The position numbers and the translations under genes were made by a program. Below are positions 38,201 through 48,852 of a stretch of 64,000 nt of DNA, in pieces; position 1 is the stretch's first letter; every line of letters starts with the position of its first letter. Where the stretch lies: the NCBI GenBank assembly GCA_032718475.1, contig JAUCBJ010003476.1:1995-65994 (forward strand), read 5' to 3'. A model generated the notes under the pieces. The model was not told the origin of the DNA. It searched no databases and saw only the letters and a program-made list of their open reading frames with translations. This stretch comes from Nemertoderma westbladi. Its lineage: Eukaryota > Animalia > Xenacoelomorpha.

Positions 38201-41200
38201 GAGCCCAATTCCTACGATAAGGCCCTATCGGTAGAAGAAGAAAGAGCCAAGCAGATCCAGGAGACAACTATACGTTTTCTTAAAGATCAAGGTAGATATG
38301 AAATCGGTCTACCATTCCGAAAGCGAGAACCAAAATTCATAAACAACCGACCCTTGGCGGAGAAAAGAATTGCGCAACTACATCGACGCCTTACGGCAAA
38401 TGCTTCAGCTAAAGAAATGTACCAGACTCAGTTGAAGAAATTTATTAACAAGGGATATGCGGAGCGAGTACCGGAAGAAACACCCATAACTGAGAGAATG
38501 TACTATCTAACACATCATTACATTCCCAAACCCGGTAAACCCAATGAAGTTCGGGTAGTATTTGATGGCTCCGCCCTCTACATGGGCCAATCCCTTAATT
38601 CCGAGTTGTTAACAGGACCCAACTTACTCCAATCCTTGTTGGGAATACTCCTAAGATTATGACAATATTCAATCGCTTTCGCCTCCGATATAGAAGGCAT
38701 GTTCTTACAAGTCAAGGCGCTGGATAGGGATCGAGATAGCCTACGATTTCTGTGGTGGCCGGAAGGAGACCTCAACCAGAAACCGGTGGACTATTGGATG
38801 ACCATCCAGGCTTTTGGGATCATCTCAAGCCCTTCAAACGCCTGCTCAGTGGTGCGCACCACTGCTGATGACAACCGGGGGGACGCCTTCTCTAAAGAGG
38901 TGATCAACAACATCAAACGGGATATATACATGGACGACAATTTAAAGTCCCTTCCATCGGTGGAAGAAGCCATTGATGTCGCCATAGGAACTGTAGAGTG
39001 CTTAAAAAGAGGTGGATTTCGATTAACTAAATTCACCAGCAACTCCCGTGAGTTTCTGGAATCGATTCCGGTAGAAGATCGAGGAGTGAAAGATCTAGAC
39101 CTAATCAAAGACGATCTTCCAGAGAAACCAAAACACTTGGTTTGAAATGGGACACAGAGAGAGATATCCTGTTTTTCCAGCTCAAACAGCGAGATAATCC
39201 AGTTCGGACTAAACGGATTTGTTTAAGTATCCTGAGCACTTATTTCGATCCATTGGGATTTATTAGCCCAGTTATATTGATTGCTCGGAGTTTAGTACAA
39301 CAAATGTGGCTTGAAAACCACTCATGGGACGATCCACTTAAGGGAGAACTATTAAAGAAGTGGATGAAATGGGAAGATTCTCTACCAACCATCGAGAACT
39401 TTATAATTTCCCGTTCATATTTTGGTCATGTTCTCCCTACGTATTCCTATCAACTCCATGTGTTTGGAGACGCCAGCGATATGGGAATAGGTATAGTAGC
39501 CTACCTGAGAGTGGAAACTCCGGATGGAATCAAAGTCGCCTTGGTTACCTCTAAGGCATTGATAAACAACAAGTTGAAAGTTCCTCGAGCGGAGTTAAAA
39601 GCGGCTCTATACGCTACAGCCATCGGCCGGAATGTAACAGAACAGATCGAATATCCACTGGAGAAAACTGTCTATTGGACCGATGCTTTACTCGTGTTGG
39701 AGTATATAACCAATGAAGTCTGTCAGTTCAACGTCTTCGTTACCAACAGAGTAGCCATTATACTTAGTCGCACGAAGATGGATCAATGGAGACATTGCCC
39801 CGGAACGATTAATCCAGCAGACATCGCCTCCAGGGGAGCAACTCCACAAGAACTGATAGATACTCCAGACTGGTTAGGTGGACCCGACTTCCTAAGCAAA
39901 GAAGAGGATGAATGGCCTCCTCATCTTACTACGGCGGAGATTAGACAGGCCAAGGGAGCGGAGAAAGTCAAACCTAAAACTCGGGCGAGTAAATCGAAGT
40001 TATTTAAACCCGTGGTAGATCTGTCTGTACTACACGCTTCCGGAGACGACGCTTTGGATCCGAAACCCACAGCCACAAATAAGTCTGTTGTGGAAATCAG
40101 AGAGAAGGATTGGAAATCTGGAATACCAGACGTCTCGCAAGGACTCTCACCTCTCCTGCAGAGAGCGATATATCACTACAGTTCCTGGAATCGGTTCTGT
40201 AAGGCCGTTACATATTTAAAGCGATGTTTTCATCATCACTACTCCAGAACGAAGACCAATAGTGATACCGCTCCACTGACATCTGTGCAGGTCCATGTTG
40301 TTAAAGATCTTCCCAAATATAAGATATCCGACAGGTTTCTGAAGGAGAAGATCAGTTACCAGGAGCATGAAGAAACCAATAAGCAGATGCTGAGACTCCT
40401 GCAATTCTATGAGGATTCCGATAAGTATTTCCTGTTGTTGAGAAATCCACAGATGCACTTAAGGGATCGTTTCTCTAGCACAATGATAGATGGGTTGATA
40501 CGTGTTGGAGGAAGATTAACTAATGCTCCATTATCCTTTGACACTAAGTTTCCCATACTCATTAGAAATCTTGAAATACAAATCAAGATGATTGTAGATG
40601 TTCACAGCAAACTTTATCATGCTGGTAGAGAACGAGTTCTTAGCGAAATTCGAACTCGCTATTATTTTTATAAACCCCGTAGAGCTCTGAACCAAGTTCT
40701 TAGGAACTGCATACCCTGTAGGAAAGCATTCAGTAGGCCTTTAACACAGCGAGAGGCAGAATTACCTAGGGAACGAGTAAGCTTCTATGAACCACCCTTT
40801 ACTAATACCGGTGTAGATTTATTTGGCCCTATTGAAGTATATCGTGCTAGGACTATAGTCAAGAGATGGTGTGTCATCTTTGTTTGTATGACTTGTAGAG
40901 CTATCCATCTCGATATGGTGAACGATTTATCTACCAACAGCTTCCTATTGAGCTTACGACGACAGATCGCTCGCTTTGGAACTAGTAACACGATGAGATC
41001 TGATAAGGGAACGAACTTCATTGGTGCCAACAATGAAATCAAAGCTTACGTCAAAGATTGGAACCAAAGACAGGTGGATGATCAGCTAAGGGTAACAGCG
41101 TCTAGCTGGACCTTCAACGCCGCCGACGCCCCTTGGTGGGGAGGAAGTTGGGAGAGATTAATCAGGAGCGTGAAGACCGCATTTCACTTTATAGTGCCGT

Positions 41201-41814
41201 GCCGTGCGTATCTCACCGACGAACTTTTGCGGACGTTAATGGAGGAAATCGCCGCCTATCTCAACGAGAGACCGCTTATGCCAGTCTCATCGAGTCCCGA
41301 TTCCCTGGAAGCGCTAACACCCGCGCACTTCCTACTGAAGAAACCTGTAGCCATGCTCCCACGATCGGAAATCACAGACGGAGACGAATACTGCCGGCAA
41401 ACTTGGCAACTTATGCAGTTGTTATCCCGTCGTTTCGCTGACCATTTCGAAAAACATTATCTGCCCACGCTACAACTTCGAACTAAGTGGTTTGCGCAGC
41501 AAGAAAACGTCAGCGCCGGAGACATGGTCCTTATTGTGGATTCAGATCTTCCACGTAAGCGGTGGCAGACAGGTCTTATCATCGAGACTCACATCTCGGA
41601 TGATGGTTTGGTGCGATCGGTAGAACTCGTCGTCATGCGACGTAACTTTAAGAAACCGGGAATTGTCTTCGAGACACAGCAGCTCAATCGCCCAGTTGGT
41701 CGTTTATGTTTACTGGAAAGAGACAGAGAACTCTCCGGAAACTATGGAAGGCAAGATACTCTTCCCACGACCACCTCCCTAATCCAACAAACATCTAGGG
41801 ACTCCCCAACGTAA
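35209..41814 (+). pseudogene. BEL/Pao gag-pol, disrupted by about 7 frameshifts/stops; the RNaseH-integrase part (39142-41814) is open
   Basis: Coiled coil; DUF1759-like FNGDEMKWLSF; three zinc knuckles (CALCDGPHRLNVC, CYNCLRQGHQRRTC, CAKCGAKHHILLH); protease ALLDSGS; RT VRVVFDGS / GPNLL / YMDD; RNaseH LHVFGDAS and NPADIASRG; integrase HHCC, VDLFGP, SDKGTNF, WGGSWERL; DUF5641-like C-terminus. Confidence 0.93.
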
Positions 41815-42366
41815 CAGCGTCTGGAGTGGGTGTGTGACTATATTATTTTATATTTACTTTTATTATTTTATATTTATGTATGTATTATTATGTAATTTTA
41901 TTATAATCGTTTTCTTTAATTTTATTTAGTAGAAGGTTATTTTAGCGATTATTTAGTAGATTAGTGCCATATATATTCGCGTTTATTATTTAATTACTTA
42001 TATATTATATATTTAGTGCGACGGCGAGATATAATTCTTTTTCTCTTTCCTTACTGTCCGTATTATATTATAAATACGTGACTACAGTAAGATGAAATAT
42101 CCGTACTTATTAAAGTACAATAAAGCTCCTACTATATTCAAGTATTATTGGTAAGTAGAGTATTAGGAATGCAAAATTCAGATCCTCGTGTCTCGGCTAA
42201 ACCAAGCTCTGGGTAGACCTTGGAAACGACTTGCCTCTTCTCACTGACATTGCTTCTTGCGATATTGCTCTCATACCGTATATTAAATAATACATATAGT
42301 AGCGTGATGTCCCTTTAACAGTAGCGTAAAACGCAAATAAATCTGTTAAACCCTTTGACCATCTCT

Positions 42367-42655
42367 AATTCTAGTCGATTAAGATATCGCAGCACCCACC
42401 GATATACTTGAAAGACAAAATTCTAGAATCAGTGGTTAACGTCCCCAGACAAGTTCTGGAATAAACTGGTGCCCATCCTAAATATTAACTATTAATATTT
42501 ATAAAATCTGTCAAATTTTAGATCCTTTAAAATTCTAGTCTATTAAGATATCGTAGCACTTACCGATATTCTTAAAAAGACCAATTTCCTAGAATCAAGG
42601 ATCCCAGTCCCCAGACATGTTCTGGAATAAAATTGTGTCTATTTAATATTAAATA
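42367..42655. repeat. Diverged tandem duplication (~164-bp period) in the 3' region of the LTR element
   Basis: AATTCTAGTC.ATTAAGATATCG.AGCAC..ACCGATAT...GTCCCCAGACA.GTTCTGGAATAAA at ~42367 and ~42531. Confidence 0.8.
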
Positions 42656-43450
42656 ATAAAATTTACGGGAATAAATTTAAATTCATCTTTTAATGAATTT
42701 GATAAATTGTCATTTTTATACAATTTATAACATTCCCAAAATTCCATAAATTATTAGATCATGGGAGCGGAGATTCACCCTATTAAGTGTATTAGTGTGC
42801 GAGAATCTCCAATATATAGTCAATAGCCGATAAAATTCATAAAATCATGTATAAAGGGGATATTGACAATTAAAGAATTACTATTAAATAGCATCCCAGA
42901 TCTGTATGCATGGGAATTACCCTAATTCTACCGCTAGCTTTCCATAATGTCACCATAGCAACAACCACACTAGAATTAGAAGTGAGTTAAAAGAACAATA
43001 GAAAGCTTGCCCCATTGAATAGCATAGGGAATAAATAGCACACTGCTAGTATCCAAGGATACATAATAATAACGTGGCATTCTGGAAGGCACTGACTAAC
43101 GGACAAATGGCCCGAATGTGTACAATTTGTGACAGTTGTGTGGAATTTGTGCGTTTATAGGTGAATGTTACTACTAAAGTGTGTTTACAGTAGCGAGTCG
43201 CAATTGTGAAAGTAGCCCTAACTCTGCCGTAAGAACCTGAAGTAAATCTAAGCCTTTGGGACGGACAGTGGAGTGACTTGTGCCGGTTATCGTTGTCGTT
43301 GTGTAGCTACTACGTTGGCGAAAAACACAGCGATGACGGTACATCGGCGCTGAGGATCTTGCACTGTCCGGGGGCAGAGAGGGGTAGGCAGCGACGCCCG
43401 CTAGCCTAAATATAAACTCATTATAATATTGATAAACTCATATAGCAGAT

Positions 43451-43849
43451 ATGACTGAGTTGATAGAAGATGATCTTGGTATCAGGGAGCGATATACTCT
43501 ACCTTTACAAGCGTTTGTTGATAGCTTGATACGCGGCGACGCTGGTCCAACTACTACGGAGGACGATGGTCGTTATATCGAAACGCCAATGTCCCAGGAG
43601 CAACTTACGCGTGAATTGGACTATAGAAAATTCACCGCTCGCTATACATATCGTAATGGTACGTATATGGACTTCTTAACTACTGGCCATCCTATCGATT
43701 TACACGATACGGACGATGTAGACACCGAAAGGAAAATGGTTTTATTTAAATATCATACCCAGCGGAGTCGGAACGATAAACCGAGAATAGAACACGAGAA
43801 TTCTATTCGAAACCGACTCGGGGGATGGAATGTGGAAGAAGGCTTGTAA
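43451..43849 (+). CDS. Accessory ORF A of the BEL/Pao element, 132 aa, unknown function
   Basis: ATG-initiated open frame with balanced, protein-like composition, preceded by TAGCAG (possible acceptor) and located between pol and the 3' LTR; no recognised domain. Confidence 0.5.
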   Translation: MTELIEDDLGIRERYTLPLQAFVDSLIRGDAGPTTTEDDGRYIETPMSQEQLTRELDYRKFTARYTYRNGTYMDFLTTGHPIDLHDTDDVDTERKMVLFKYHTQRSRNDKPRIEHENSIRNRLGGWNVEEGL

Positions 43850-44638
43850 AGACAAGTAGAGGAGAACCACTAGAGAAAAGACATACGTTAATGTCCAGGG
43901 TCCATAATGTGAATAATTTTCCCCGGGGCACGGGTGCTCGCGGGCGGTCTCCTTCGGGAGGCTGTAATTTTCTCTTATTTCATCGTCTTCCTGTAATTAT
44001 TGTGATCAGTGTCACAATTAAAGAGCAAGAATGAATGGTGACATAACGGAAAACAAGTCCATCGTGGTATCTTACAGATACTACCATATATCCTTCCTCC
44101 TCCTTACTACCATTATCCCTCTATACATCGCTATTGAAGATACAACATACTTCGTCCCTCCTTCTCTTCCCAACGCGCTCGGAGCTTTGGGAGACGATCG
44201 ACCAATCCTAGTGGTATCGTGGTATGGATCGTACCACCTACTACTAAACCTCCCCATCCCTTACTATTGATCTGGATGCTTATATTGGTGTCCGCACCTC
44301 CTGTCCATGTCTCATTCTGTTGATATTTATAATGTCAACTTCCACCCTCTCGTTGTTGATTAGAAAATCAACCACCAATGATTTCCTTAAGTCCAGAACC
44401 GTGATACAAGGACTGAAAGGACACACGGATAGTTTGTGAACAACTGGTACCATTATGTGTCATAAATCTGGTTGTTCACCTCCCTTAATAATTGGGGATA
44501 AATTCATTTGGAGATAGTCATCGAATGATACAATCCTCCTACTGAGATCGTATTTCTGAATATTTCAGAATGCGACATAAGTTTTCCTCTGCTCTCTACC
44601 ATCAATTGTGGAAAACATATTAGGCATACAACAGGAAC

Positions 44639-45760
44639 ATGGAGAACATTCCATATCCTTTCGTCGATACTCAGCTGATTGCTCCCTCGGCAGAAGGCCG
44701 AGGTTTCTTCCACACTATGTATGCAAATACACCCAGCGGCATTACTAAAGTACATCGGACCTCCATCGGACATCTTGCCTTTCAAGAATACGGATGGAAT
44801 TTCAAGGTTGGAAATCCTATCAACTACCAACAAGTATATGGAGATCATTATTCTCGATTATACTTTGACGGACCATTGACCGCACCTGGCGCTGTGTATA
44901 GCTTTATGAGCGTTCCACTTCGTCCCTCCTTAGCTATATACACGATCTTTGAAAACGCCGCACTTGCCGGTTGGCTAGCCGATGTGTGCAGTCGTACCAT
45001 ACACGCCCATCCCTTAATACTTGGAACCAAACTCGCCAAGCTAGATGAACACAATAAATTCATCCGCTTCGAATGTTTCAGGCGCTTTCTGACTCCGTTC
45101 CGTAACGTCGATAGTCAGTTCAAGGACTGCGCTCTGACCAAGCTCAGCCTAAGAGACTCAGCTGCTGAGAAGCTAGACAGCGCGGGATTCGCCATTTTCA
45201 AGGACGTTTGTATACAGAACTTACATTCATCTGTTATACAAAGACCTCGAATACCCACGGGTTATTCTGTCGTGGAAGTTCAGACAGTGGGTTCGCTTGC
45301 GGAGACAGCCGCACATATCTCAGCTATGCAATTGGAGGACGAACCAATATGCTTAGAATCTGAGGAGATTCAGCCTACTCAGGAGGTTCATAGACGACCC
45401 TATGAATATAGAGCCCGAGAACGCGAGTTAGAAAGAACCATCAAACCGATGAAATTTCTCACTACTCACGGTCTACCTACCGCTCTCGTGCAGACGACTC
45501 GTCAGGGACCAGTAAGAGCTGCTGTCTTGAAACGCGCTCTGAAGGTTGTTCGAGCTTGCTCCACTGAGGTTGATGTCGATCAACCGGGTACCTCGACCGG
45601 CGGATACACTGACCGTAATCCTAAACCTTCTGATGCAATTGTATTGCACCCTTCACCTAGGAGTTATAGCCCTCCTAGTAAAGTGGCTCGCCCCAAAGAG
45701 AAAAGGACTCTTGCTAGCCTCAAAAAACTGCGTAAACGCCATCCACGCAAGAAAGACTAA
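44639..45760 (+). CDS. Accessory ORF B of the BEL/Pao element, 373 aa, unknown function, basic C-terminal tail
   Basis: Long intact ATG ORF ending 77 bp before the 3' LTR; no evident signal peptide or transmembrane run; ends KKLRKRHPRKKD (NLS-like). Confidence 0.72.
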   Translation: MENIPYPFVDTQLIAPSAEGRGFFHTMYANTPSGITKVHRTSIGHLAFQEYGWNFKVGNPINYQQVYGDHYSRLYFDGPLTAPGAVYSFMSVPLRPSLAIYTIFENAALAGWLADVCSRTIHAHPLILGTKLAKLDEHNKFIRFECFRRFLTPFRNVDSQFKDCALTKLSLRDSAAEKLDSAGFAIFKDVCIQNLHSSVIQRPRIPTGYSVVEVQTVGSLAETAAHISAMQLEDEPICLESEEIQPTQEVHRRPYEYRARERELERTIKPMKFLTTHGLPTALVQTTRQGPVRAAVLKRALKVVRACSTEVDVDQPGTSTGGYTDRNPKPSDAIVLHPSPRSYSPPSKVARPKEKRTLASLKKLRKRHPRKKD

Positions 45761-45837
45761 CTGTTTAGAGTATTTTATATTTTAGAAACTGTGATTTTTT
45801 ATATTTTATAGAATTAAATCCCATTTTCTGGGAGCGG

Positions 45838-47032
45838 TGTAAAGGCTTTTGCGGAATTAGCTGGTTATTTTCCCCGCAAAGTACTCTGTAGGTGTTTTAA
45901 CGGACATAAAAAGCCGTTTCCTTACTGTACCGGTGTTTTAGTGGACATAAAAAGCCATTTCTTCTGTATGTGTACTTTAGCGGACATAACTAGCGATTTT
46001 ATGTCGCAATAAGCCAAAATCCTCTTGATACAGTGTAGTTACGATGACGACATCTATCAGCTGATATGTACACGTGTAACTTTTCCTTTGTTTCTTTGTT
46101 CGGTCAACCAATCAGAGCGATTCTCATTTTATTTGTACAGAAGCCTCCGGGAAATCGCGCAATGCATTACGGTTTATGTTTACCTTTTTTCCTGATGCCA
46201 GAAGACCGTCTGTGGAATTATTCTGTGTTTCAGGCTTTAGCCAAACATTAGTAGGCTTTGATCATAGAAACGTATAACTGTTATCACAATTCATATCAAC
46301 TCAAACCACAAACTGGCATACAGCCCATATCATACCATACATACCTTTCACCGCATTATTTTACTGCTATTTACTGTCGGTTATTAATTGTATAAGTTTG
46401 ATGGAATATTGTTATATTTGGATAATATCGATAAATAATCATAAAACCCCAATCTTCTTGATATACTGAAGGTAAGAGACCGGTTACATATAGCAATTGC
46501 GACTTACATTCTATTGGTTTTGGAGTGAATCTAATGCTATTTCATAGGCACTACATGTGTCCGTTGCTGTTCTCTTTATATGTGACTAAAATCAGTGAAG
46601 GTCGGCAGATCGGTGTGCAGCATTGTGCAGTAGTGTGCATGAGTTTGATAGATAACAAAGCATCTCCTAAAGAATGCGCTTTATACGTGAATCAATAGCC
46701 ATCCTGTTGTGCTTAGTGTAAGTCATAACTCTGTTTACATACTTAGAGCGCCACGTCCTAAAGGAACTGTTGATATTTCCCGAAGGTGAATAATATTGGT
46801 CAGAGATTATATACTAGCGATCAATCGAATAATACAGTAGGCCTACATCGCAATAAGGTCAGAGCTTCCGAATCCAGTCTCCCGGGTATATCCAGCGGGT
46901 GAATGGTCGCGCATAGGCTGGCTTCGGCTAATGTAGTGTATCAAATACTTGTCATAGGCTAAAGTCGATTTATAACCTAAAAGACACCTAAATTTGGCAG
47001 GTTAAACTGCTAAAGGTCTAAAAGCGCGAACA
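45838..47032 (+). repeat. 3' LTR, 1195 bp, uninterrupted
   Basis: TGTAAAGG...GCGCGAACA, preceded by purine-rich GGGAGCGG (PPT) and followed by the TSD CCAGA. Confidence 0.96.
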
Positions 47033-48852
47033 CCAGACTTCCGAGCTGGTGGAGGTCACCAGTTCGATCCAGTTTTTTTTTTATTAATATACGAAACCTC
47101 TGGAATATCATTCTCCCAAAATACAAATAATATAATTCTAACAGTTCCGTATAGCACTACATTTTTATAACATAAATCATTGTTACCATGGCAATATTGT
47201 AGAGTTCTAGAACAAAATATAAATAATATACTGCGAGTTATTGCATAAAATGGATATGAATTGCTCAATATTCCTAATTACAATAATAGTGAAGGTAAAG
47301 CTAATAGTTAATCATTCAGATCGCCGAAAGTTGACATAATAATATAACAAAAATTATACGTTCAGCCATTGTGTGAAAAAGACACCCTATTGAACGTTGG
47401 AGACCGTTGTATATTTATGTAAACCTCCCTCGCGCATACACCCCGGTCAAAACGTTGAAAAGTGCTACTTGTCATACAATATGTAAATAGTTAATAGTAA
47501 ATCATGTAAAAAAATGATTTATTATTTATCTGATGTTACAAAAGGCGTCGGAATGGTTAGTTGCCAAGCTGCCATCACCAAACGTCGAGTCCTGGTGCCG
47601 GTCTCTGAATAATCCCGCCAATGTTTGGCCTGTGGCGTAACGTTTGGTTTGTCACACCCGGTAACGTTCTCTCTCAGCACATGCAGGCGTCATACCCCTT
47701 TTTTGCTTTATTATTGTAATCAGCCTTCCCAGCCACAAAAATCGATGACAAAAAGAAAAAAAAGAAATTTATATTTTGAAAAAAAAAGGAAGAAAAGGAT
47801 AGGATGCAGTTCAAAAAACGGACTAAAAGTATAGGATAAGTTAAAAACAAAAGGAAAACTCAATTGTATTATCTTTAAAAAAAGGATAGCGCTGTTCATT
47901 CTTGATTTAATTTCATTAACCTTATTTGAAGAATCCCATAAGAAACGTTACTGCTTTAAAAGACAGGAAGAGATCAAAGTAAGTTACAAATACAGTAGAA
48001 ACACAGAAAGAGAACAACGCCAATAGCAATATAAGTATTATAAATCAACCAATCAATAAAATAAGAACAATTTAAAAAAACAATTACGAAATTTTCACCT
48101 TTTTTGCCTAGTTATCATAGATGGTTGAGCTCGGCCGATTGATGGTCATTGATAGAGGTTTATCAAATGCTTGTAAATAGAACTCTAGTTTGAAAGTGAT
48201 ATAAAAACTTTGGAAAGGATTTCCGATCGTGGCTACATTTATATAAATAACAAAAATACATTTAGACGCAATCAAAATTCAACCATCTCCAGGGGAAAAC
48301 GGATGCATTTAACAGCTGGTTACGAGCAATCGAGCAAAAATGAAACTGTAACCGTATTATATGCTTTCTTTTATTGTTTTGGTTAGAATAGATGCCACTG
48401 TAACCTGTTCCTATCACTAAATTGAAAATCAACAATGTTAATGCACCAAGGCGGGTTTTGTGCCAATTATAATAATATCCCCCCTCAGAAAATAAATATA
48501 TTAAAGCTCACAAAAAAAGGAAGTAGATGAAATAAAAATAAAAATGAAAACAAAATCAAACGGATATAATTAGTTAATTAATTAGTTATAATTTACCCGC
48601 CCGGTTTACATTTCTATCTGTATTGATGTTACATAGTACGTAATTGTTATGTTGGGTATGATATATTGGTAACGGTAAATTTTGTTGTTGACTATTTTGT
48701 TTGTTTGACTTATGGAAATTATACGTTGCTTCAGGCGTATCTAACTATAACTATTTCTGAAATATTTTATACAAATATTGTATCTATAGCTGTACTTTGG
48801 TGTAAAGATAATATTCTTAGTCAGACGAGTCTAGAAGAATTATAAGAATAAT

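Larger units (their letters stand above)
27899..47032 (+). mobile_element. Full-length BEL/Pao LTR retrotransposon (14586 bp without the nested insertion)
   Basis: TG..CA LTRs at 27899-33641 (interrupted) and 45838-47032; 5-bp TSD CCAGA at 27894-27898 and 47033-47037; gag-PR-RT-RNaseH-IN order with BEL/Pao motifs. Confidence 0.96.

Noticed and set aside
44639-45760. ORF B as an envelope glycoprotein
   Set aside because: No evident signal peptide, transmembrane segment or Cys-rich ectodomain; it has a basic NLS-like tail instead.
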